The translations under genes and the position numbers were made by a program. A DNA stretch of 64,000 bases from Candidatus Omnitrophota bacterium (GTDB lineage Bacteria; Omnitrophota; Gorgyraeia; 2-01-FULL-45-10), in the NCBI GenBank assembly GCA_041663425.1, contig JBAYMS010000005.1, forward strand, positions 531 through 64,530, read 5' to 3'. Positions 35,129 to 44,220 of this stretch are shown one piece after another. Numbering within the stretch: the first letter of the stretch is position 1; the number at the start of each line of letters is the position of its first letter. The notes beneath the pieces were generated by a model that worked only from the letters and a program-made list of their open reading frames with translations, was not told the DNA's origin and searched no databases.

Positions 35129-35740
35129 TCACGTACCCTTGATTTTCAAAAGCTTGCCCTTCGCCTTTGCATTGTCCGGATAAAATTTTAATGTCACATC
35201 TATGGCACGTTTCAATTCGGCAGCATTTCCCAGCCTTTCAAAGCATGTGATGAGCATTTCACAGGAAGATCGATGATATGATATGAGACTTAACGTCACC
35301 TCATTTTCTTTGCCCATAGCTACAATATAGTTAAAGTGCTTTACCGCTGCATTAAAATCCTTATTCATCACATAAATCATACCCAAACTGAAACGAGCTT
35401 TTCTGTTATCAGGGTTTATTCTGATTGCATCTTCATAAGTTTCTATCGCCTCCATGACATCACCCCTACCCTTATATGCGTAGCCAAGCCAATCCCAGGC
35501 GTCATCACTATTTTTATTCAAAAAAACGCATTTTTTGTATTGTCTTATGGCGTCATCATATAAAGGGTAGGCTACATACGCACAGGCTCTGTTAAAAATC
35601 TGCGTAAATAAAAATGGTTTTAACGCGACTAAACTTAAAAAAATAAAGATGGCGCTTAAGAACCATTTTTTCTTTAAGCTTATTAATGGCACATGGTCGT
35701 GCATATGCCCGCAAGCGCAATGCGGATTTTTTTCTGTCAT
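35129..35740 (-). CDS. Membrane-anchored TPR-repeat protein with His/Cys-rich N-terminus
   Basis: 203 aa. The N-terminus is MTEKNPHCACGHMHDHVP, followed by one TM helix and then 3-4 TPR units. Confidence 0.5.
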   Translation of the reverse strand: MTEKNPHCACGHMHDHVPLISLKKKWFLSAIFIFLSLVALKPFLFTQIFNRACAYVAYPLYDDAIRQYKKCVFLNKNSDDAWDWLGYAYKGRGDVMEAIETYEDAIRINPDNRKARFSLGMIYVMNKDFNAAVKHFNYIVAMGKENEVTLSLISYHRSSCEMLITCFERLGNAAELKRAIDVTLKFYPDNAKAKGKLLKIKGT

Positions 35741-35753
35741 TTACCCATCCCTG

Positions 35754-36446
35754 TTAAGCTATGATAAAAAAACATATTCCCAAAACTATAAGTACGTTTC
35801 CTGCTATAAACTTAATCCATTCTTCAGATTTTTCTATTTTTGGCGTAAGATATTTCAAAATTCCGGTCGAAGAACCTATCAGCAATATAGGAAAGCTCTG
35901 CCCTAAAGCAAAGCTGAAAAATATCATCAAAGAATACGCAAATGAACCCTTGAGGACAACAACGCTCGATATCACAAGCAGGACAGAGCTGCAGCACGGA
36001 CAGGCAGGCATTTCGAGGAATGCGAAAACTACACCAAATAAAAATGCTCCCAGGTAACCTTTCTTTTTAAATTTTTCAGTACTTATATCGGCATGTCGTT
36101 TAGGTCTTATTTCTATAAGGCCCGAAAAAAACAATCCGCTCACAATAAGAAAAATACCTAATAATCTATAGATTACCTTGCTTGCATTTATAAGTATCCC
36201 TGTAAAGTTCCCTATCATGCCGATAGAAATACCCAGCATTGTATAACTCACTATTAATCCCGCTACAAAAGATATGGTTATTAGGAATGCTTTCTTTTTG
36301 GAATGCGAAGCACCGGCGACATACCCTGAAATGACCGGAATCCTAACAAAAGTGCACGAACTCATAGAAGCGACGACACCGGCCCAGAAAACAATAAATA
36401 TGGCCATAATAGGTGTATTAAGTATGATTTTTTCGATGGGTGGCAT
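35754..36446 (-). CDS. DsbD_2/CcdA-like thiol-disulfide membrane protein
   Basis: 230 aa with about 6 TM helices. A Cys lies in TM1 (ASMSSCTFV) and a Cys cluster in a later TM (EMPACPCCSS). This arrangement resembles CcdA/DsbD-beta family proteins. Confidence 0.45.
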   Translation of the reverse strand: MPPIEKIILNTPIMAIFIVFWAGVVASMSSCTFVRIPVISGYVAGASHSKKKAFLITISFVAGLIVSYTMLGISIGMIGNFTGILINASKVIYRLLGIFLIVSGLFFSGLIEIRPKRHADISTEKFKKKGYLGAFLFGVVFAFLEMPACPCCSSVLLVISSVVVLKGSFAYSLMIFFSFALGQSFPILLIGSSTGILKYLTPKIEKSEEWIKFIAGNVLIVLGICFFIIA

Positions 36447-36456
36447 AATACGTTGT

Positions 36457-36864
36457 CTATCTACATTCTTTGCATAGCCCGTCGAGCTGCAAAAAATGAT
36501 TCAGGATTTTAAATCCTCCTGACACTTTTTTATTGAAAAGATCGCAGTCTGGAAACTCGCCGATTTTGCCGCACTTTACACAGATTATATGATGGTGGTG
36601 CGCATCTTTCTTCGCTCCGCAAAGCGCATAATAAAGTCTTCTATCAGGCCTCATCACTTTAAGAAGAATGCCTATATCGCATAACTCTTCCAAATTGCGG
36701 TATACGGAAGGCAGGCTCGCTTTTTTAAATTCTTTCTTTATTAAGGAAAATATCTCGTCAGGGCTCAAATACCGTTTTTCATCTAAAAACAGCCTTATCA
36801 CCGCTTTTCTTTTAGGCGTACATTTAAGTTTATTTATTTTTAATTTCTTAAGAAACTCCTCCAC
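36457..36864 (-). CDS. zur: Fur-family metalloregulator, probably Zur
   Basis: 135 aa. It has a winged-helix N-terminus, HHHHIICVKCG plus a CxxC near the C-terminus (structural and sensing metal sites). It heads the operon containing znuABC. Confidence 0.75.
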   Translation of the reverse strand: MEEFLKKLKINKLKCTPKRKAVIRLFLDEKRYLSPDEIFSLIKKEFKKASLPSVYRNLEELCDIGILLKVMRPDRRLYYALCGAKKDAHHHHIICVKCGKIGEFPDCDLFNKKVSGGFKILNHFLQLDGLCKECR

Positions 36865-36959
36865 TATATATCCTCCTATATAGAAACTATTTCTGTTTAT
36901 TTTACCACAGGAATAAATGCTTTGGAATAATTAATTCGACATATCGACCTAGAAACCGG

Positions 36960-38042
36960 TTATTTCTTCAGGAAGGAAAGACTGTTACGGAAAATTATAT
37001 CGCTCAGGTCCATGGTATTGATGCGGGTTTTTATACTTGAGTCTGCGGAAGTGGCAGTTATGATATCTTTGTCTTTCGCCCATGGTAAATTATCAACGGT
37101 CAGTCCGAGGAAAGATATTTTTTTAAGGACATCATAAATTATAGGTGTGAACAAGCGGACATTGCTTCCTGAAAAAATTATGTCGTCAAGGCCTCCCATG
37201 ACCGATATTCCTTCCCCTATATACTTCATTATCTGCGCGCGATAAATATCGAATGCCAGATCGACCTTTGCGTCCTTGCCGCGAAGCTTAAGCATCTCGT
37301 TTAATCCGATATTATAACCGGTCAGTCCAACAAACCCACTCTCATTCTTCAGCATTTCATCTATTTTATATATAGAAAAATTATGGACGTTCATAAGATA
37401 AAAGACTATTCCGGGGTCCATATCCCCGCACGATGTTCTGGACATAACCCCTTCGAGCGGCGTATACCCCAGGCTGACGGACAGGGGTTTCCGGTTGTGA
37501 ACAGCACACACGGTAGTCTGCTTATCAAATACTATAGAAACGCCTTTACTGCTGACGGAAAGCATATCAGCATTGGCGGAATGGAATATGCCGTGAAAAC
37601 CCCATTTTTTTATTTTGTTGTCTTCTGAATACTTAAATGGCATAGCATAATATTTCTCTTCGTCGGGAAGGCTCAGGAAAAATGATGTTTCAAAAAATGC
37701 TATCAAGGGAATATCTTTAAATACTGCGCGGAAATTTTTCAGCATATGAGATATCGGCGGCACATAGAAAGGAAACAGGTCTGTAAGTTTTTCAAAACGC
37801 GTAAAAAACCTTGAATCTATAATTGCCGGACCGGCAAAATAATCGCCGCCGAACAATATCCTGAAAGAGACAGCCCTTATCCTGCTCCTGCCCGCAATGT
37901 CACGGATATATTTTACAAGCGCCGCATCGCTGCGCACCTCTTCCATGTCTTTAACATGATCTGAGGCAGAGATGCTGCCATGCACTTCTTTAAAGGAACG
38001 GATCTTTATCTGCTTTAAATCGCAATCTATTACCAGGATCAT
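36960..38042 (-). CDS. Divergent acetate/propionate kinase-family paralog (possibly non-canonical or inactive)
   Basis: 360 aa. It retains the acetokinase C-terminal signature (LGYTPLEGVMSRTSCGDMDPGIVFYLM) and WGFHGIFH. It lacks the N-terminal NCGSSS phosphate-binding motif (it has IDCDLKQ) and the LHLGNG motif. Confidence 0.55.
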   Translation of the reverse strand: MILVIDCDLKQIKIRSFKEVHGSISASDHVKDMEEVRSDAALVKYIRDIAGRSRIRAVSFRILFGGDYFAGPAIIDSRFFTRFEKLTDLFPFYVPPISHMLKNFRAVFKDIPLIAFFETSFFLSLPDEEKYYAMPFKYSEDNKIKKWGFHGIFHSANADMLSVSSKGVSIVFDKQTTVCAVHNRKPLSVSLGYTPLEGVMSRTSCGDMDPGIVFYLMNVHNFSIYKIDEMLKNESGFVGLTGYNIGLNEMLKLRGKDAKVDLAFDIYRAQIMKYIGEGISVMGGLDDIIFSGSNVRLFTPIIYDVLKKISFLGLTVDNLPWAKDKDIITATSADSSIKTRINTMDLSDIIFRNSLSFLKK

Positions 38043-39262
38043 ATTCTTGCCGACTCCTTATAAGCTTCCCGCGCTATCATAATCTCTTCATCCGTAGGGA
38101 TCACCAGGATTTTGGTTTCAGAAGCAGGAGACGATATCTCATATATACCGTCTTTATACTGCGTATTCCTTTTCTCATCGATGTCCGGCCCTAAGAATCG
38201 CATATTCCTGCAAATGCTGCGGCGAAGAAGGGATGAACCCACCCCCAGCGAATCCGTAAATATCAGAATATCCGCTTTTTTAAGTATCAGAGTATAAAAC
38301 CCTATATACGCCCTCACCCTGCGCACATACATATCAAATGTAACCTTGGCCTGCTTATCTTTATCTATACCGCCAATGACATCTCTCAGGTCGGATGAAG
38401 AGCTAAACATCCCCAGGATCCCGCTCTTATTGTTCAATATACTTTCAGCTTCTTCCGATGAAAAACTTTCTTTAAACATTATGTAAAATACCGCTCCCGG
38501 ATCTATGTCGCCGCAGCGCGTATTCATCATAAGGCCTTCCAGGGGCGTAAATCCCATAGAGCTATTTATAGACTTTCCGTAATCTATAGCACAAACACTT
38601 GATCCGCCAGTGCCCAGATGACAACTTATTATCTTCTGCTGTGTCCGGTCCTTATTTAGAAACTTGCACGCCTCCTCCATAACATACCTGTGAGATATTC
38701 CATGAAAACCTATTTTTTTTATTCCATATTTTTTTGCAACCTTTTGCGGCATCGCATAGGTAGCAAATTCCGGCGGGATGGTCTTATGAAACGCCGTATC
38801 AAAAACTACGTACTGACTTATCCTTGCGTATTCACTATGACAAAATTCAATAAGCCCATAGGATATCGGATTGTGTATTGCCGCAAGCGGCAGCGTCTCT
38901 TTAAGCTTGTTCAGAACAGTCCTGTCAACTTTTACGGATTTAGTAAAAAACGTGCCGGGATGAACATATCTGTGGGCAAAAGCATCAAATCGGATATCTT
39001 TATTTTTTTTCGCATCACAAGCTATCATCTCAAGAACTTTTTTAAGCGCGGATGAATGGTCCGGCAAGGATGCCTCAACGATCCTTTTTTTGCCCATAAC
39101 ATAATGAGTGATAAGGGACGGTCCTTTGGTTTTAATACCGACTCTCTCAGCTTCACCGCGGACAAGCTCCGCCCCGCCGGGCATCCTCAGGATCTTATAT
39201 TTTAAAGATGAGCTCCCGCAATTAAGCACAAGAATATTTGCGACGGGACAATCTTTATATTT
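38039..39262 (-). CDS. ackA: Acetate kinase
   Basis: It has ILVLNCGSSSLKY, AHRYVHPG, FDTAFH, IGFHGISH, CHLGTGGS and MGFTPLEGLMMNTRCGDIDPG, the full set of acetokinase motifs. The start is placed at the MKYKDCPVANILVLNCG methionine. Confidence 0.85.
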   Translation of the reverse strand, partial: KYKDCPVANILVLNCGSSSLKYKILRMPGGAELVRGEAERVGIKTKGPSLITHYVMGKKRIVEASLPDHSSALKKVLEMIACDAKKNKDIRFDAFAHRYVHPGTFFTKSVKVDRTVLNKLKETLPLAAIHNPISYGLIEFCHSEYARISQYVVFDTAFHKTIPPEFATYAMPQKVAKKYGIKKIGFHGISHRYVMEEACKFLNKDRTQQKIISCHLGTGGSSVCAIDYGKSINSSMGFTPLEGLMMNTRCGDIDPGAVFYIMFKESFSSEEAESILNNKSGILGMFSSSSDLRDVIGGIDKDKQAKVTFDMYVRRVRAYIGFYTLILKKADILIFTDSLGVGSSLLRRSICRNMRFLGPDIDEKRNTQYKDGIYEISSPASETKILVIPTDEEIMIAREAYKESARI

Positions 39263-40472
39263 CATCCGAGCTCCAGCCAAAAGTAGGCATACCTATATTC
39301 CTTTGGACAATCAGCGCCTGTCCATAAGACGCTCTTTCGATCCGGTCGGTGCCAAGCAAATCCGGCTCAGTATCGCCTGCGTCTTCCAGTCCGGCGCCAA
39401 ATCCTATAGTTGGTATTTTAAGTTTTGCGTAAGTGTATGAACCTTCCGTGATCAGCTTCTTCCAATACCCAAATTCGGACTTAAAGCCATTTTCCTTCAG
39501 GCACTTAAGCGACTCCAGGGCAAAAGGTTCATGGCTCTCCATAGACCATGGCTTAGATTCTTTCTCTGACAGAAGCTCCATACCCGTATAGGTTTTAACC
39601 CTTTCCCGGGCGAGGAGAGTATTGACGGTAACATCTGCCTGAGTCTTATAAACACTCTTGGCTATAGTTTTGGCTTTATCCAGAACAAAGTCCCTGCTCT
39701 CCTCCGGAATGAACACCCTGTCAACAACTACCCTGAATTCATTTACCTCATCCTGCGGATGGTATCCGCTGTAACGCACATCTTTTATCCTAAGGCCGGA
39801 ACGGCCCAGATTCAGATCGCTCGGCAATTCTTTCGACACTTTCTCAAGTTCACTTATAAGAGGGAACATCGTTCCGAGCATATTCATCCCGCGGTTTTCA
39901 AGAAAACTCTCATTCAGCCTTCCCCTCACCACTATCTCGTATTCCATCCTCCCCTTGTGGCCGAGGTTAACATTAAATCCTGTAGGCTCACAAAGGATAA
40001 CGCCTTTGATTTTCTTTATCTGATTCTTAAGAAAATCGTCAAAAAGATATTTAACGCCGGAATCACAGCTTTCATGCCTCGGCACGCAGCATACTATCAG
40101 GTCGCCTGTCAACGGCAGCATCGAATTTTTTATCAATGCTCCGGCATAAACGCTCGAAACAATACCTGCTTTAAATCTTGCCATGCCGTTGTCATCAAGG
40201 CCTTCCAGTTTTTGCTGATTCTTCGTCATGGCGTCAATGTGCGACACCATCACGACGGAAGCCTTGTTACCGTAACCTTTTATGATACCTATCAGGTTGC
40301 CTGCCTTATCTTTAGTAACTTTATCGAACGCCAGCTCTTTCATCTCGGCGGAGACAATATCAGCAAACTCGCCCATGCTCGTATTGTCAACCCTGATGCC
40401 GGATATCTTCTTTTTAAATTTATCCATTGGCTTTTTAAGGCCTTTTGCTTTCTGCTTCATCAACTCTTTCAC
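39255..40472 (-). CDS. M20-family metallopeptidase / deacylase (ArgE/DapE-like)
   Basis: 405 aa. The metal-ligand pattern is SHIDAM ... GLDDNG ... RHESCDSG ... CEPTG, consistent with the H-x-D / D / E-E / E / H pattern of the M20 family. Confidence 0.55.
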   Translation of the reverse strand: MKELMKQKAKGLKKPMDKFKKKISGIRVDNTSMGEFADIVSAEMKELAFDKVTKDKAGNLIGIIKGYGNKASVVMVSHIDAMTKNQQKLEGLDDNGMARFKAGIVSSVYAGALIKNSMLPLTGDLIVCCVPRHESCDSGVKYLFDDFLKNQIKKIKGVILCEPTGFNVNLGHKGRMEYEIVVRGRLNESFLENRGMNMLGTMFPLISELEKVSKELPSDLNLGRSGLRIKDVRYSGYHPQDEVNEFRVVVDRVFIPEESRDFVLDKAKTIAKSVYKTQADVTVNTLLARERVKTYTGMELLSEKESKPWSMESHEPFALESLKCLKENGFKSEFGYWKKLITEGSYTYAKLKIPTIGFGAGLEDAGDTEPDLLGTDRIERASYGQALIVQRNIGMPTFGWSSDEI

Positions 40473-40548
40473 AACACACCTCCAGTTTGTTATTTGCTAG
40501 TTAACACTATTAACTATTAATTAACATTTTCTCCAAAAAAAATGCCTT

Positions 40549-41100
40549 TTAGAATGTCGGGGGCGTTACAACCCAGACAGCTTCCGCTTCATCTTTACCT
40601 ATATTCTTAAAAGCATGCGGAACGCTTGAATTAAAATATATACTATCCCCCTTCTTTAATATATAAACCGTGCTGTTGAGCATAACCTCGATCGAACCCT
40701 TAAGCACTAAGACAAATTCCTGGCCAAAATGCCTGTAGGAACTTGCTCCGGATGTGGCGCCTTCTTTAAGTTTAAAGAGAAGGGGTTCCATCTGTTTATT
40801 AGGATCGCGTGATGTCAGAAGATAGAGATTTATACCTTTGCCGGCTTCCTGCATAGATTTTCGCTCTTCCGCCTTTACCACCGGACTCTCCTCCGACTTC
40901 TGAGCCTCGCCTATTAAATTGCCTATAGTCGTAGAAAGCGTATCGGATATGCTCTTCAAGGTAGCCAGAGATGGTGAAGCTTTGCCGCTTTCAACCTGCG
41001 ATAAAAAACTGGCGCTTATATCAAGCTTCTTGGCCAGCGCACGGAGTGTCAGCCCCTGCTCTTCTCTTAACCTTTTTATATTCACACCTACGATCTTCAT
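40549..41100 (-). CDS. XRE-family HTH regulator with C-terminal cupin domain
   Basis: 183 aa. The N-terminal HTH_3 is IKRLREEQGLTLRALAKKLDISASFLSQVE. The C-terminal cupin_2 region is GDSIYFNSSVPHAFKNIG. Confidence 0.8.
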   Translation of the reverse strand: MKIVGVNIKRLREEQGLTLRALAKKLDISASFLSQVESGKASPSLATLKSISDTLSTTIGNLIGEAQKSEESPVVKAEERKSMQEAGKGINLYLLTSRDPNKQMEPLLFKLKEGATSGASSYRHFGQEFVLVLKGSIEVMLNSTVYILKKGDSIYFNSSVPHAFKNIGKDEAEAVWVVTPPTF

Positions 41101-41195
41101 ATTTTCCTTTTTGGATAGTATAAACTATCAGCAACTTCTTGTCAAGTATTATTTAACAAAAGTAGTTATTGTTAATTCAGGCTTAACACGGCAAA

Positions 41196-42035
41196 TTATC
41201 GGTTTAGATAGCTCCCAGCCATATACGAACTACGCACATACGGCCCGCTCTCGACATGCGAGAAGCCCAGCTCTTTGGCCTTCTCTTTGTATTGTTCAAA
41301 TTTTTCCGGCCTGATATATTCTTTGACCGGATAATGGCGTTTGCTTGGAGCAAGATATTGTCCGATACTTAAAAAATCACATCCTGCACGGCGCAGATCC
41401 TTCATCGACAAATACACTTCTTCCTCTTTCTCACCCAGACCCAGCATAATACCGGATTTTGTCTTCATATCCGGAGATATATTTTTAATTATACGCAGAA
41501 CCTCTATAGAACGTTTATAATCCGCGCCCTGATGAACTGACGCATATAAAGAAGGTATGGTTTCTATATTGTGAGCTATGATGTCCGGGGCAGCTTTTAC
41601 AACAGCCTCAAGACTGGACTTTAAAAGTTTAAAATCAGGTATCAATATTTCAATGGTAACGCCGGGCGATCTTTTGCGGACTGAGACCACAGTATCTGCA
41701 AATATGGCGGCTCCACCGTCCGGAAGGTCATCGCGCGTGACGCTTGTGATAACAACGTGCTTTAAAGAAAAATGCGCTGCGGCATCGGCTACTCTTTTTG
41801 GTTCTTCCGGATCGGGAGGAAGGGGTTTGCTTTTATCTATATTGCAGAAACTGCACATCCTTGTGCAATGCTTACCCAATATAAGAAAAGTCGCTTCATT
41901 ACGGCCGAAGCATTCGCCGGCATTCGGACACATCGCCTGTTCGCAGACAGTTTCAACCCGCAAGGCACGCAGGGCTTTCTTCATCTGGGAATATGTCTTA
42001 AGATCTATTTTTTTATTTAACCATTCCGGCTTCAT
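41196..42035 (-). CDS. lipA: Lipoyl synthase
   Basis: It has CPNAGECFG and CTRMCSFC (the two LipA Fe-S cysteine motifs). The start is placed at MKPEWLNKK. The longer ORF-track start would overlap the upstream ligase gene. Confidence 0.9.
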   Translation of the reverse strand: MKPEWLNKKIDLKTYSQMKKALRALRVETVCEQAMCPNAGECFGRNEATFLILGKHCTRMCSFCNIDKSKPLPPDPEEPKRVADAAAHFSLKHVVITSVTRDDLPDGGAAIFADTVVSVRKRSPGVTIEILIPDFKLLKSSLEAVVKAAPDIIAHNIETIPSLYASVHQGADYKRSIEVLRIIKNISPDMKTKSGIMLGLGEKEEEVYLSMKDLRRAGCDFLSIGQYLAPSKRHYPVKEYIRPEKFEQYKEKAKELGFSHVESGPYVRSSYMAGSYLNR

Positions 42036-42759
42036 ATGACGATCCGTCTTCCTCGATAAATTTAACATCAAATGTTACAGCAAAAGCATCGATCAGTTTT
42101 TGTTCCAGAATATTTTTGTCCGGAACTTTTACAAGCTCCTGGGCGAGCGTAGTAACATGTCTGTAAATATCATCCGGCAGCCCCTTAACATAACGTCCCA
42201 TGGCAGACCAGTCAATACTGCATGGAATAGAGCCATGCTGGAATATCGCCTGCCTTGTCCTTTTCTGAGCGTTGCCGCCGATCTTTTTTTCTTTTATCAC
42301 TATATCGTATTTTTCATGCGATGCGCTGCAAAGTTCGTGGGGAACGCTTTTATCTTTAAAATCCGGCGCTTCACAAGCGAAAGATGCGCTAAGCCCTATC
42401 GTATTGTAAAATTTAATAAGAAAAGCGCAGATCTCACGGTACGAAACGAGTGCGCTTGCAGGCTCACCTACATCGGCTTTACCGCAGGCAAAACTATAGG
42501 TTATCTCATCATTATGGAACAAGACCCCGCCTCCGGTCATCCTGCCGGCAATACCTACCCCGTTACGTTCACAGCATTTAACATCGATTTCAGATTCCGG
42601 TTTTTGCGATGCTCCGAAGGTAAATGAGGGCTCAGCCCATGCATATACACGGAATACGGGAATAGCATCTTTCAGGTAACGGGCGAATATGGCAGCATCA
42701 AGCGCCATGTTATAGGAAGCGCTCGCCTGAGGAGAGCGGATGAGACGGAATGTTTTCAT
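42013..42759 (-). CDS. Lipoate-protein ligase / octanoyltransferase family protein (LplA/LipM-like)
   Basis: 248 aa with the BPL_LplA_LipB catalytic-domain layout (KIGGNAQKRTRQAIFQHGSI). It sits between gcvPB and lipA. Confidence 0.65.
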   Translation of the reverse strand: MKTFRLIRSPQASASYNMALDAAIFARYLKDAIPVFRVYAWAEPSFTFGASQKPESEIDVKCCERNGVGIAGRMTGGGVLFHNDEITYSFACGKADVGEPASALVSYREICAFLIKFYNTIGLSASFACEAPDFKDKSVPHELCSASHEKYDIVIKEKKIGGNAQKRTRQAIFQHGSIPCSIDWSAMGRYVKGLPDDIYRHVTTLAQELVKVPDKNILEQKLIDAFAVTFDVKFIEEDGSSYEAGMVK

Positions 42760-42771
42760 GCTTTTATCGTA

Positions 42772-44220
42772 TTATGGCCGCCATCGGAGATTCGGCTCCC
42801 TCGCAGCCTTTGTTTCATCAAGGCGTTTGATCGGCATATTAACCGGCGCATTTTTTACAGCGGACGGGTTTTCTTCCGCAAGACGAGCAATCTCGATCAT
42901 AACGGCAATAAATTCATCCAGAGTCTCTTTCGATTCCGTTTCTGTCGGCTCGATCATCAGCGCTTCTTTTACGATAAGCGGAAAATAGCTCGTGGGAGGA
43001 TGATATCCTTTGTCGATCAGATATTTTGCTATGTCCAGAGCGTGAACTCCGTTCTTCACCTGGCGCGATGCGGAAAAGACACATTCGTGCATACATGTCT
43101 TATCAAATGCCACGTCATAATACTTTTTAAGTTTCGCAAGGCAATAGTTTGCGTTTAAGACCGCTGCTTCGGCCGCCTCTACAAGGCCTTCTTTGCCCAG
43201 CTTCAGGATATAGGCATACGCCTTAAGAATGACTCCGAAGTTTCCATAGAATGGAGCTATGTATCCTATAGACTTAGGCCCATGATAATCGAGCGCATAA
43301 GTTCCGTCGTGCCTGCGCACAACACGCGAAATAGGTAAAAATTCGATAAGCTTCTCACAGACACCTACCGGGCCGGCACCTGGCCCGCCTCCTCCATGAG
43401 GAGTGGCAAATGTCTTATGCAGATTTATGTGCACAACATCAAAGCCTAGGTCCGCAGGGCGGGCTTTCCCCAGCAGCGCATTTAAGTTTGCACCGTCGTA
43501 ATATACCAAAGCGCCTACTTCATGCGCCATATCTGCGATCTTCTTTATGTTTGGATTAAAGATACCGAGAGTATCAGGACAGGTCAGCATAACCGCGGCT
43601 ACGTCGTTATTAAGGCGTTTCTTATATTCATCCAGATCCATGTAGCCGTCTTTACCTGTGGGTATAACGATAACCTGATATCCGGCAATCGCAGCACTTG
43701 CAGGATTCGTTCCGTGAGACGAATCAGGCACAATAACAAATTTACGCTTCGCACCTTTATCTTTATGATAAGCGGCAATAAGCATTACGCCTGTAAGTTC
43801 ACCGTGCGCTCCGGCCATAGGCTGCATTGTAAATGCCTTCATGCCCGTTATTTCGCATAAAAGCTTTTCTGACTCATACAGCACTTCCAAAGACCCCTGC
43901 GCAAGCATTCCTCCGCCGGAAAGCTGAGGAAGTAAGGGGTGGACATCTGAAAATCCTTCAAAAGACGCAACACGCTCGGTAAATTTCGGATTGTATTTCA
44001 TAGTACATGAGCCGAGAGGATAAAAATTTGTATCTACAGAATAATTAAGCCTGGAAAGATTTGTATAATGACGAACCACATCCAGCTCGCTCAAAGAAGG
44101 CAGGTTAGTATCTTTCTTCCGGCAATATTTTGCTGCCAGGCCTTTTGCCTGTGGAATATCGGATTTTATAGAGTAAGATCCGCGTCTGGATTCTTTATGT
44201 TTTTCAAATATCAGTTTCAT
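42772..44220 (-). CDS. gcvPB: Glycine dehydrogenase (decarboxylating) subunit 2
   Basis: It begins MKLIFEKHKESRRG, has PLP-lysine region HINLHKTF, and ends with PTSYFPLIVKEALMIEPTE. The start is placed at the internal M, so it abuts gcvPA. Confidence 0.9.
   Translation of the reverse strand: MKLIFEKHKESRRGSYSIKSDIPQAKGLAAKYCRKKDTNLPSLSELDVVRHYTNLSRLNYSVDTNFYPLGSCTMKYNPKFTERVASFEGFSDVHPLLPQLSGGGMLAQGSLEVLYESEKLLCEITGMKAFTMQPMAGAHGELTGVMLIAAYHKDKGAKRKFVIVPDSSHGTNPASAAIAGYQVIVIPTGKDGYMDLDEYKKRLNNDVAAVMLTCPDTLGIFNPNIKKIADMAHEVGALVYYDGANLNALLGKARPADLGFDVVHINLHKTFATPHGGGGPGAGPVGVCEKLIEFLPISRVVRRHDGTYALDYHGPKSIGYIAPFYGNFGVILKAYAYILKLGKEGLVEAAEAAVLNANYCLAKLKKYYDVAFDKTCMHECVFSASRQVKNGVHALDIAKYLIDKGYHPPTSYFPLIVKEALMIEPTETESKETLDEFIAVMIEIARLAEENPSAVKNAPVNMPIKRLDETKAAREPNLRWRP

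Noticed and set aside
36865-36959. Possible Fur/Zur box (AATAATTAATT region) upstream of the zur operon
   Set aside because: It is AT-rich and weakly palindromic, but a confident match to a Zur box consensus cannot be made by eye. It is mentioned only as something to test.
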